A program made the position numbers and the translations under genes. Positions 1 to 8,119 of a stretch of 64,000 nucleotides of DNA are shown one piece after another. Positions within the stretch are counted from its first letter, which is position 1. Every line of letters starts with the position of its first letter. The DNA is from Candidatus Saccharimonadales bacterium (GTDB taxonomy: Bacteria > Patescibacteriota > Saccharimonadia > Saccharimonadales > JACDFO01): NCBI GenBank assembly GCA_038255465.1, contig JBBSLJ010000004.1, positions 6-64,005 on the forward strand, given 5' to 3'. The notes under the pieces are model-generated. The model had not been told where the DNA came from. It saw only the letters and a list, made by a program, of their open reading frames with translations, and searched no databases.

Positions 1-981
1 CCGGCAATTGTAGTAACTGATAAAAAAGTTGGCTCGATTCAGGAAATCTTACCGGTACTTGAGAAGTTAGTTCAATCCGGCAAAAAAGACTTAGTGCTGA
101 TTGCCGAAGATGTCGAAGGCGACGCACTGGCTAACCTTATTTTGAACAAGCTGAAGGGCACGCTTAACTGTGTGGCTGTCAAGGCTCCTTCTTTCGGTGA
201 CCGCCGCAAGGAAGTGCTGCAGGATATCGCCATCTTAACTGGTGGGACCGTCATTACTGATGATCAAGGCCATAGCTTTGAAACAGTCGAGGCCGAGATG
301 ATCGGTACGGCACGAAAAGTAATTGTTACTAAAGATGAAACAACTATCATAGAAGGCGCTGGTACGCCAGCCGCGCTGAAGGCACGGATTGCGCAGATTA
401 CGACGCAAGCCAAAAACGCCACGAGCGAATATGACAAAGAAAACCTCGACAAGCGCCGTGCGGCACTTGGCGGCAAGGTAGCGGTCATTAAGGTTGGTGG
501 CGCAACCGAGACTGAGATTGAAGAAAAGAAATTTCGCGTTGATGACGCCGTGGCCGCTGTTAAAGCTGCGCTGGATGAAGGCGTCGTACCTGGGGGCGGT
601 GTAACACTTATTAACCTTGCAAGCACTATTGTGGTTAGCGGGAGTGATTCACTGGCCGCCGGTGCTCAGATTCTTAAGAACGCGCTTGAACAACCCTTCC
701 GTATTCTGCTATCAAACGCCGGGCTAAACGCCGACGAATGGCTCCCACAAATCCGTGCTGCCAAAGCAGGGCAGGGTGTTGATGTTAATAATGCCACCAA
801 ACTAGTCGATCTTAAGGCAAGTGGGATAGTTGACCCAGCTCGGGTCACCAAAGAGGCCTTGCAAAACGCCGTATCAATTGCCGGCACCAGCATGACCATG
901 GGCGCACTAGTAGTAGAAGTGCCGGAACCAAAATCAGCCGGCCCTGATATGTCAGGTATGGGCATGGGCGGGATGATGTAG
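1..981 (+). CDS. groL: Chaperonin GroEL, C-terminal 326 aa (5' end lies upstream of the window)
   Basis: Frame 1 is open from base 1; contains GDRRKEVLQDIAILTGG and ends in the GroEL Gly/Met tail GMGMGGMM. Confidence 0.97.
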   Translation, partial: PAIVVTDKKVGSIQEILPVLEKLVQSGKKDLVLIAEDVEGDALANLILNKLKGTLNCVAVKAPSFGDRRKEVLQDIAILTGGTVITDDQGHSFETVEAEMIGTARKVIVTKDETTIIEGAGTPAALKARIAQITTQAKNATSEYDKENLDKRRAALGGKVAVIKVGGATETEIEEKKFRVDDAVAAVKAALDEGVVPGGGVTLINLASTIVVSGSDSLAAGAQILKNALEQPFRILLSNAGLNADEWLPQIRAAKAGQGVDVNNATKLVDLKASGIVDPARVTKEALQNAVSIAGTSMTMGALVVEVPEPKSAGPDMSGMGMGGMM

Positions 982-998
982 GGCTGCTCCTTCCTGAA
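982..998 (+). repeat. Partial copy (17-nt tail motif GGCTGCTCCTTCCTGAA) of repeat family 1
   Basis: Identical 17-mer at 54430-54446 and, minus one C, at 19175-19190; begins directly after the groL stop codon. Confidence 0.7.
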
Positions 999-1060
999 CA
1001 AAGGATAAAAAGCCTCTGAAGTAACTTCAGATACTTTTTGCAAGAATCAATTGCAGACAA

Positions 1061-1094
1061 AATAAAACACCTGGGTTAAATCAGGTGTTTTATT
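1061..1094. terminator. Bidirectional rho-independent terminator between groL and the convergent 1111-1635 gene
   Basis: Perfect 13-bp stem AATAAAACACCTG / CAGGTGTTTTATT with 8-nt loop; T-rich run follows the GC core on both strands. Confidence 0.85.
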
Positions 1095-1110
1095 CATTGC
1101 TTAAGAACTC

Positions 1111-1635
1111 TTATGAACTAGCTGTTTGAGTATCGATGTAATTGTCTATGTGGGTAAGTATTGTTTCGATTTCTCCAAAAGCAGTGCTGCCATATACGGG
1201 TACTTTAGAGTTAGCCATACTAAACCTGTCACTATGGTAGTAACTATTCGCGAGCTTATCGTCAAATGTTGAGCCTTCTTCGCTGGCTACCCGCATCTCA
1301 AGTGCATAGTCTGCGTTGATACCGTTACTCAAGGTATCTTCTCGTTGAGATGCTGTTACCCGTACAGATACGCTTACTTCGCCGAGTTCAGTATCAGCTG
1401 TCGTGTAGGGAACCCACGTCGTACCACTTTCGCGCATGTCATGTGTCGCCAAAAACACTTTTGCTCTCGGCGAATCCTGATGAGCATAAAAAGCTTTTCG
1501 GTACGTACCATCTATTCGTTTAGCAAGTGCTTCCCGCTTTGCTTCTTTAGTTTCTCTAACATAATTTTCTAGGGCACTAGTCACAAACTTGCCTAATGGG
1601 TTAACCTCATTTTTTTCACGTACTGTTTCGCTCAT
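1111..1635 (-). CDS. Hypothetical protein, 174 aa (no family recognised)
   Basis: Only long ORF in the interval, ends at the shared terminator; no motif recognised. Confidence 0.6.
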   Translation of the reverse strand: MSETVREKNEVNPLGKFVTSALENYVRETKEAKREALAKRIDGTYRKAFYAHQDSPRAKVFLATHDMRESGTTWVPYTTADTELGEVSVSVRVTASQREDTLSNGINADYALEMRVASEEGSTFDDKLANSYYHSDRFSMANSKVPVYGSTAFGEIETILTHIDNYIDTQTASS

Positions 1636-1746
1636 AATATGTAATCCTTTCTAAAACGCTCATGTTTGAGCATGGACATATAATAACAAGAAATCACATA
1701 AATGTCAATATGCGAAATGAAAAATTAGTTATTACAGATGTAAAAC

Positions 1747-1764
1747 GTCAATAAACATATTGAC
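1747..1764. promoter_or_regulatory. Palindromic candidate operator GTCAATA-AACA-TATTGAC overlapping the -35 box of the TrmB-like gene
   Basis: 7-4-7 perfect inverted repeat read directly; an extra GTCAATA half-site at 1704-1710. Confidence 0.45.
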
Positions 1765-1788
1765 AAAATAGTTTCTGTTTGGTATATT
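1760..1788 (+). promoter_or_regulatory. Sigma-70-type promoter (TTGACA-17-TATATT) giving a leaderless transcript for 1795-2571
   Basis: TTGACA 1760-1765, 17-nt spacer, TATATT 1783-1788, ATG 6 nt downstream at 1795, no SD. Confidence 0.7.
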
Positions 1789-1794
1789 ACTCCT

Positions 1795-2571
1795 ATGAAC
1801 CCGTCAGTTTTAACAAATATTGGTTTAACAGAAGATCAGGCAGAAACATACCTGATCTTGTTGCAAGCCGGGACATTAACGCCACTAAAACTGATGAAAA
1901 CAAGCGGTGAATCGCGTACTAACGCCTACATGTCGTTGGCAAAACTCGAGGAGTTAGGTATAGCAATAAGGGACGATAACGCCAAAAAGCTGACGTATCT
2001 GCCGGTTAGTCCGGCAAAACTCGAGCAATTAATCCATGATAAACAGTTGCAGTTGCAGCGCCAAAAGCAAGAGTTAAAAAACCAGCTGCCGGAACTACTC
2101 ACTACCTACTACTCAAACTTAGTCAGGCCCGGTATCAGGTTTTATGAGGGCGATAACAGCCTGAAAAAGGTATATCAGGATCATTTGGCAACCGGAGAAG
2201 ACGTGTATTTTTTACGCACGCCAGCAGACGAAGACTTTTTTGGTGATGACCTGTACAAGTACATGGAGCAGCGTGCTCAGAAGGGGATTAAAGCCTACGG
2301 CATTGCACCATTTAGCAAAGAGAGGCTGGAATACTCTCAAAAAAATGATAAAAAGCTCAACCGAGAAATGACGTACTGCAAACCAGAGCAATACACAGCC
2401 CCCGTGGAAATCTCAATCTATGGTAGTAAAACCGCTTTTATCTCATTTGATAAAGAAGTGGTTGCGTCAATCATTGACAGCCCCCAAATTGCCAAAGCCA
2501 TGCGCGAGCTCTTCGGAATGGTTAAGGATGGCGTCGCTGATGGTCGTGTAACTACCGAAATTCTAAGCTAA
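1795..2571 (+). CDS. TrmB-family transcriptional regulator
   Basis: N-terminal HTH pattern LTEDQAETYLILLQAGTLTPLKLMKTSGESRTNAYMSLAKLEELG; same architecture as paralogue at 28626-29435. Confidence 0.8.
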   Translation: MNPSVLTNIGLTEDQAETYLILLQAGTLTPLKLMKTSGESRTNAYMSLAKLEELGIAIRDDNAKKLTYLPVSPAKLEQLIHDKQLQLQRQKQELKNQLPELLTTYYSNLVRPGIRFYEGDNSLKKVYQDHLATGEDVYFLRTPADEDFFGDDLYKYMEQRAQKGIKAYGIAPFSKERLEYSQKNDKKLNREMTYCKPEQYTAPVEISIYGSKTAFISFDKEVVASIIDSPQIAKAMRELFGMVKDGVADGRVTTEILS

Positions 2572-2579
2572 AGGGGGTG

Positions 2580-4349
2580 CTATTTGTAACCTTCGGCCTG
2601 GGCCTCAAACATTTCATTGTAGAGGCCGCCGTAGGCCAGTAACTCTTCGTGTGAGCCGTATTCGGTTATTTTCCCCTGTTCCATGACGATAATTTTATCG
2701 GCTTTGCGAACGGTGCTAAACCGGTGGCTGACTATAAGTGTTGTTCTATCGGCATGCGCTTTGTAAATATTATTAAAAATCGAGTACTCGGCCTTGGCGT
2801 CTATAGCGCTTGTAGGCTCGTCAAGGATCATAACGTCGCCGTTACGCAACAGCGCCCGGGCTACTCCAAGGCGTTGGTTCTGCCCACCGGATAAGTTAGT
2901 GCCATCGTCAAATGATGTATCGAGCCGAGTGTTTAACTTATGTGGTAACTTTTGCAGAAAGCTTGTGGCGCCAACAAGGTCGGTTGCTTTATAAATCTCA
3001 TCATCTATGGGTTCGTCCTCGAGCCCCATTACTAGGTTGTCGCGAATTGACAGATGGCTAACGACTAAGAAGTCCTGGCTTAAGTTGCTAATAGCCGCGT
3101 AGTAGCTCTGTTGTTCAATGTCTCGAATGTCGGCGCCGTTTATGGTAATAGTCCCAGAAGTAGGAAGGTACTGCCGGAGCAGCAGTTTAATAAGTGTTGT
3201 TTTGCCGGCTCCGTTTTCACCAACCAGGGCTAATCTGCTGCCAGGCACAATCAGGAATGAAACGTCTTGTAACGCCGGTTCTTTGGTGCCAGGATATGTG
3301 AAGCTAACGTGCTTAAACTCAATCGTAAATGGCCGCTGGGGCTTAATATCGCCTTTTGGCACGGCTGGTTTTGTATTGTATATTTCGCTAAAGTTTTGCA
3401 GGTTTATAGCTAACTCATGTAGACGCTGTACGGAATTAACAAACCCCAGTGCGCTTGTATTGGCTTGCTCAAGCATCCCCCTTAGGAAAATAAATCGGTC
3501 AAGTCCGATTGATCCAGCAAGCAGCAATTGGAAGAAGTAAATATTGGCGCCAAATCCAACCAGTGGTTGCAGTGTCTCTGTCGCAGCGTCGTATTTTGCC
3601 ATGGATTTATCATGGCGATATGTAAGATCCTGTGATTTTTTAAGGTTAACCTTCCAGGCAGAAACCATTTTTTTAAATGCATTCATGAGCCGGATTTCGG
3701 GCATATACACGGGATCTATAAGCATCCACCGGGATCTGAATGCGACCCGGTCCAAAGGCTCAACCTTTTTGTAAATTGCTTCACGTAAGTTATTTTGTTT
3801 TATCTGCAAGACTGCGACGGGTATTATTGCCAAGACAAGGACAAAACCCACCAAAGGGGCCACGAATATGACGGCTACTATTGAGCCTACAAACCCGATT
3901 AATGACGATATACTCCACGATATCTCATTAGTGACTCTCCATATCTGAGACAGCGCGTCGCGAGCGCGCTCTAGCTTTGTATTGAATGCTTCATCATCAA
4001 ATTGTTCCTGGCTTAGTTCATACATTTTTATAATGAACTGCTCGTTTGTAGTCAGTTCCATGTTTTGCTGAAACCTGGTCGCCACTACCCGGTCAATGTT
4101 TGTTACGACCAAATTAACAAGCTCAATAACAAGCAAAGCCGACAACCAGACATATACTGATCGTGGCCCGGCATCCTGCAACGCCGCAGCGCTAACGTTG
4201 GTGATTAGCTTGGCCAAGGCAAAGGTAGAGGCAATAGGCTTCAGCCCAGAAAAAGCACTATTAAAGACACCCCAAATGAGTGAAAGTTTTGAAGTTTGCC
4301 ATTGGAGCTTAGTAATCCAGGCTAAAGAGAATAGGTATTTTTGTTTCAT
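2580..4349 (-). CDS. ABC exporter, fused permease + ATPase (MsbA/type I exporter-like)
   Basis: N-terminal 6-TM region; Walker A GENGAGKTT, signature LSGGQNQR, Walker B VMILDEPTSAID. Confidence 0.93.
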   Translation of the reverse strand: MKQKYLFSLAWITKLQWQTSKLSLIWGVFNSAFSGLKPIASTFALAKLITNVSAAALQDAGPRSVYVWLSALLVIELVNLVVTNIDRVVATRFQQNMELTTNEQFIIKMYELSQEQFDDEAFNTKLERARDALSQIWRVTNEISWSISSLIGFVGSIVAVIFVAPLVGFVLVLAIIPVAVLQIKQNNLREAIYKKVEPLDRVAFRSRWMLIDPVYMPEIRLMNAFKKMVSAWKVNLKKSQDLTYRHDKSMAKYDAATETLQPLVGFGANIYFFQLLLAGSIGLDRFIFLRGMLEQANTSALGFVNSVQRLHELAINLQNFSEIYNTKPAVPKGDIKPQRPFTIEFKHVSFTYPGTKEPALQDVSFLIVPGSRLALVGENGAGKTTLIKLLLRQYLPTSGTITINGADIRDIEQQSYYAAISNLSQDFLVVSHLSIRDNLVMGLEDEPIDDEIYKATDLVGATSFLQKLPHKLNTRLDTSFDDGTNLSGGQNQRLGVARALLRNGDVMILDEPTSAIDAKAEYSIFNNIYKAHADRTTLIVSHRFSTVRKADKIIVMEQGKITEYGSHEELLAYGGLYNEMFEAQAEGYK

Positions 4350-4407
4350 TTAGTTGCTATCATCTCATATTTTGGGATTCAAAACACTAGCGGCATGGAG
4401 GGAAATG

Positions 4408-4436
4408 TTGCTAAATATGTATATATGTCCTAGAAT
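4408..4436 (+). promoter_or_regulatory. Sigma-70-type promoter TTGCTA-17-TAGAAT for the LPXTG protein gene
   Basis: TTGCTA 4408-4413, 17-nt spacer, TAGAAT 4431-4436. Confidence 0.6.
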
Positions 4437-4464
4437 AAGCATATCTTAAGGAGTGTTTGAGCTT

Positions 4465-4986
4465 ATGAAGTTGCCGTTTCGCCGAGAAAAGAACGTAGAT
4501 ACCGTACCAGAGGAAATTCAGGAATATTATCAGAGTGAGCGCCGCGAGCGCACTGGCATTGCCTGGTTATTAGCGCTCGGGGCCTTGCTGGTTACAATTG
4601 TGCTGGCTATTTTGCTGTTCTTTGGCGGACGCTGGATTTATAGAACTGTTTTTGACAAAGATGATTCTAGCGATAATCCTCAGACAGCCCAAGAAGAGGG
4701 AAGTCAAGCCGGAACGCCAGGTTCTGGCGACCAGACGCCTTCGTCTCAAACTCCGGGTCAAAGCAGCACCAGCTCGACTAACACTGATACGACACCACCT
4801 ACTACTACGCCGACACCAACAGGTGCGGGCAGCGGATCTGATGTGGCAGGCAGTCAGACTACAACGGTCCCGGCAGCCGGTGATCTACCAGACACAGGTG
4901 CAGGCGATATCGTAGCTGTTTTTGCAGCAACTACTCTTGCAGCCGCCTCCGGGCATTACGTGCTATCCAGGCGTCAAACCAAATAA
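4465..4986 (+). CDS. LPXTG-anchored surface protein with Ser/Thr/Pro-rich spacer
   Basis: C-terminus LPDTGAG + hydrophobic segment + RRQTK is a sortase sorting signal; N-terminal TM segment; AAGGAG at 4448-4453 lies upstream of ATG 4465 (GTG 4453 is the alternative). Confidence 0.8.
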   Translation: MKLPFRREKNVDTVPEEIQEYYQSERRERTGIAWLLALGALLVTIVLAILLFFGGRWIYRTVFDKDDSSDNPQTAQEEGSQAGTPGSGDQTPSSQTPGQSSTSSTNTDTTPPTTTPTPTGAGSGSDVAGSQTTTVPAAGDLPDTGAGDIVAVFAATTLAAASGHYVLSRRQTK

Positions 4987-5020
4987 ACCCCAGATAGCAG
5001 TCAAACGTGTTTAGCGCATT

Positions 5021-5563
5021 TTAGTGTTGCGAATTTTGGGTGAAATAATTGATTTCGTTGATGACGTCTAAGAGTGCTTGGGCGCGGGCTTTATCTTCGG
5101 GGATATTTTTGGCGGCTTCAAAAGCTTCGTTAAGCTTCGTGTGGTCATCGGCTGCTTGAATCATCATCATTACGGTACGGAACTTCTCTTCCGGCGATTG
5201 ATCCAAGTGATTAACAAGCGGCGTCAAGTGCTGCAATGCCTGCTGTTTCATGTTAAGCAAGTCATCTGAATTGATAGACTGGGGTAGTGGAGCGGTGGTA
5301 GGGTTGACGGGGGCATCATCGGCCGCAATAACGGGTGCGGGTGCACCAAAAGCGGTCGGGTTGCTATCCGTAAGTACTGGATTGTCTTGATGATCAGTCT
5401 GTATGCCCGGAGGAGTAATGTCCTGCCCGGGTATTGGACTGTTTTGCGTGGCAGCGGGGCTAAAAAAGCCGGACGGCGGTTCACTGTTTGTTAAGACTGG
5501 ATTCTGATCAGCAGGACCCGCAGGCTGCTGCTGGCTTTGATCATCGTTATTTTGCCCGAACAT
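5021..5563 (-). CDS. Hypothetical protein, Pro/Gln-rich N-terminal half and helical C-terminal half
   Basis: Longest ORF in the interval, convergent with 4465-4986; no motif recognised. Confidence 0.6.
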   Translation of the reverse strand: MFGQNNDDQSQQQPAGPADQNPVLTNSEPPSGFFSPAATQNSPIPGQDITPPGIQTDHQDNPVLTDSNPTAFGAPAPVIAADDAPVNPTTAPLPQSINSDDLLNMKQQALQHLTPLVNHLDQSPEEKFRTVMMMIQAADDHTKLNEAFEAAKNIPEDKARAQALLDVINEINYFTQNSQH

Positions 5564-5699
5564 GTTTTATAACTCCCACCCGCTTTGTTAACACAAAGCA
5601 ATTAACATTTTTCAGTTATCAATTTACAGACATAATGGTAAAGCATAAACGGCATAAATCCAAACCGTATCCATCTGTTATCTGATAAATGTAAAATTT

Positions 5700-5729
5700 T
5701 TGTTAAATGTTACTTGCTGCCTGTAGAAT
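5700..5729 (+). promoter_or_regulatory. Promoter TTGTTA-18-(TG)TAGAAT for the PGI/PMI gene
   Basis: TTGTTA 5700-5705, TG at 5722-5723, TAGAAT 5724-5729; ATG 5737 lies 7 nt downstream (leaderless geometry). Confidence 0.6.
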
Positions 5730-5736
5730 GAAGGTC

Positions 5737-6771
5737 ATGTTAGATGACCTGAAGTATATTCACCAGCGTGATGCACAGGATGCGCTTGGAATCGCCGAAA
5801 AACAATGGCAGCAGCTTACTTATGATTTTAATTTGTCATGGCAGCCAACAACCCCAGTAAAAAATATTGTTCTTGCCGGAATGGGCGGCTCGGCGCTTGC
5901 CGGACTATTAAGCGTTACCTGGCCGGATTATGCCGTGCCATTCGAAATAGTTCGTGATTATGAAATCCCCGCCTATGTGAATGAAGAAACGTTATTTGTC
6001 GCAGCAAGTTATTCCGGTAACACCGAAGAGACATTGTCTGCACTTCTCGCCGCCCAACAGGCGAATGCCCAAGTAATCGTTATTGCATCCGGCGGAAAGA
6101 TGGAAGAAATTGCAACAGAGCATAATCTGCCATTTGAAAAACTTCCTAGCTCCGGACAACCAAGGTTCGGGGTGCTGTACGCCCTAAAAGCTTACGTCAC
6201 AATTCTGGAACGCGCCGGGCTTGTTAAGACAGCTGACGCCGAACAGGCCCTGAAGCAAACCAGCGAATTTTTGCGCCAAGAAATTCAGCAGTGGATTCCA
6301 ACTGTCCCGACAAAGGACAACCCGGCAAAACAACTTGCTCTGGAATGTGTCGGTAAATCGCCGGTAATTTATGCCGGACCAAAATTGTTTCCAGCTGCTT
6401 ATAAATGGAAGATAAGCTTTAACGAAAATGCCAAAAATGTGGCCTGGTGCAACGTACTGCCTGAATTTAACCACAATGAGTTTTTGGGCTGGACGAGCCA
6501 TCCAGTTGATAAGCCCTATACAGTAATCGATTTGCGTAGCAATTTAGAACATCCCAGGGTGCAGAAACGCTTTGAAGTTACAGAACAACTGCTGTCCGGC
6601 CGCCGTCCGGCTTCTGAAGTGGTTACTGCAAAGGGCGAAACGCTACTAGAGCAGCTGATCTGGACGGTTGCACTGGGAGATTTCGTAACGCTCTATACGG
6701 CGCTCTTGAACGGACTGAATCCGTCACCGGTTGATCTGATAGAAAAGTTCAAAACCAGCCTCGACAGCTAA
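5737..6771 (+). CDS. Bifunctional phosphoglucose/phosphomannose isomerase family protein (SIS domains)
   Basis: GMGGSALAG and SYSGNTEETL SIS motifs; start chosen from promoter geometry (ORF is open from 5707; ATG 5728 also possible). Confidence 0.85.
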   Translation: MLDDLKYIHQRDAQDALGIAEKQWQQLTYDFNLSWQPTTPVKNIVLAGMGGSALAGLLSVTWPDYAVPFEIVRDYEIPAYVNEETLFVAASYSGNTEETLSALLAAQQANAQVIVIASGGKMEEIATEHNLPFEKLPSSGQPRFGVLYALKAYVTILERAGLVKTADAEQALKQTSEFLRQEIQQWIPTVPTKDNPAKQLALECVGKSPVIYAGPKLFPAAYKWKISFNENAKNVAWCNVLPEFNHNEFLGWTSHPVDKPYTVIDLRSNLEHPRVQKRFEVTEQLLSGRRPASEVVTAKGETLLEQLIWTVALGDFVTLYTALLNGLNPSPVDLIEKFKTSLDS

Positions 6772-6778
6772 ATCTCCC

Positions 6779-7303
6779 CTAAATCGGCGATTTTTTAAAG
6801 CCGATTAAGTAGGCAAGGTAGCTAAATAACAGATGGAGTCCGAAGTACAAAATCAGTATTCCGCCCATCAAAATGAAAGGGATGGGCGCGAGCGGATAGA
6901 CAAACAGCAGGCCACCGATGATGTAATCAATCTGGTCAAACGGGAACCAGCTTTTACTTGGTGCGATACTGCGCTGACGCTTAAAAAAACTTTCGACGGC
7001 ATCACCCGTGAGGGCACCCACTCCTAAAACAACGCCAATAAGGAATGTGTACCAGGCGTTAGAAGAATTGGGGACAAACAGATAGCTAACAAGCAGGCTG
7101 GTCGCGCCGCCCATTAATGCACCAGAAATAAATCCGCGCCAGGTTTTGTTGGCTCCAAATATCCGTTTGCCACGGTAGCTTTTGCCAAAGTCCATGGGAG
7201 CGTTAAGCTTGTGCAAGTACGGAATGCGGGAAGCAAACATCGGGCTGAAATTGGCAACCCCGGCAGGCATAAAGAATAGAAATGCTTGTAATAGGAAGTC
7301 CAT
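6779..7303 (-). CDS. carS: CarS-like CTP:lipid-phosphate cytidylyltransferase (archaeal CDP-archaeol synthase family, DUF46)
   Basis: Resembles archaeal CarS over its whole length from memory: PMDFGKSYRGKRIFGANKTWRGFISG, GDAVESFFKRQ, DQIDYIIGG, polytopic; start overlaps the PHP stop (TGATG at 7303). Confidence 0.8.
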   Translation of the reverse strand: MDFLLQAFLFFMPAGVANFSPMFASRIPYLHKLNAPMDFGKSYRGKRIFGANKTWRGFISGALMGGATSLLVSYLFVPNSSNAWYTFLIGVVLGVGALTGDAVESFFKRQRSIAPSKSWFPFDQIDYIIGGLLFVYPLAPIPFILMGGILILYFGLHLLFSYLAYLIGFKKSPI

Positions 7304-7956
7304 CAGCTTCTGGTTACTTTCTTTTTGGCCTTATTAATTTTCGGATATAACAAGCCGCGTATAGTTGGCCGTTTTGCGTGGAGTACGCCGTCCTTAAGTA
7401 ACGGCAAAAGCGTATCGCTTGTCGGAATTTGGGACAGCCCGCTAAAGGTCCGGCCCAGACCGCTTGCGCCGTGTGCGTCGCTGCTGGCCGCCATCACCGT
7501 CTGATTCAGCTTTGCCCATAAAAGTGCCGCCGAGTGTCTATTTTGTAAAAAGGCTCGCCCATTGCAAACTTCTAAAATATCAACTTGGCCTTGAATGAGT
7601 TCAAGCGTCGCGGGGTGCAGGCCTTTCCTGATTGTTTCAAATGGGTGGGGAATATAGACGAGGCCGTTTTGCTCGCGGATGGCGGCAATTGTCTCTTCCG
7701 GGGTTTGGCCGGCTTGAATCGGTGTTTTTAGGAATAGTCCGATAATTTCGCCTAAACTTGTCATAATTTCTTCTCCGACAATAATTCGTTCACCCAATTC
7801 AGTTTGGGCGTGGTTCGCAAAATCTATACGGTTGTGGTCTGTGATGGCAATACAATCCAAAACCCCGGCGTTTAAAATCCGGCGGTACTGCTTGAGGGTA
7901 ATCCCGCCATCGGGCGAGGCAGCCGAATGGGTATGTAAATCAACTCGAAAACTCAC
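7303..7956 (-). CDS. PHP-domain metal-dependent phosphoesterase
   Basis: VDLHTHSAASPDG ... IAITDHN ... PHP motifs; GTG start at 7956 preceded by GAGG (complement of 7964-7967). Confidence 0.85.
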   Translation of the reverse strand: MSFRVDLHTHSAASPDGGITLKQYRRILNAGVLDCIAITDHNRIDFANHAQTELGERIIVGEEIMTSLGEIIGLFLKTPIQAGQTPEETIAAIREQNGLVYIPHPFETIRKGLHPATLELIQGQVDILEVCNGRAFLQNRHSAALLWAKLNQTVMAASSDAHGASGLGRTFSGLSQIPTSDTLLPLLKDGVLHAKRPTIRGLLYPKINKAKKKVTRS

Positions 7957-8110
7957 TTTATGGCCTCACTAAAGGTTGAAAAAGCAAGTGGTGCGTAAGG
8001 TGGGCATTTTCTTGCGCCAAAGCATAACCGTAGTTATGCAGCGAAGCAAAAAATGAGCAACTTGCCGCCAATTGCTTTTGTAAATTAGATGAGGTCATAA
8101 AGTGAGTTTT
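7948..8110. ncRNA. Candidate structured RNA element (unclassified): 21-bp closing helix, 12-bp second helix, three internal hairpins
   Basis: 7948-7968 pairs with 8090-8110 (one G:U); 7980-7991 with 8068-8079; hairpins at 7993-8017, 8022-8039 and 8041-8068; fills the whole gap between two co-oriented genes. Confidence 0.45.
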
Positions 8111-8119
8111 ATGCATGAT

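Noticed and set aside
264-1043. Minus-strand ORFs 264-626 and 666-1043 (120-125 aa) opposite groL
   Set aside because: They are antisense shadows of a strongly supported GroEL frame, with low-complexity Ala/Ser/Pro-rich translations and no start context.
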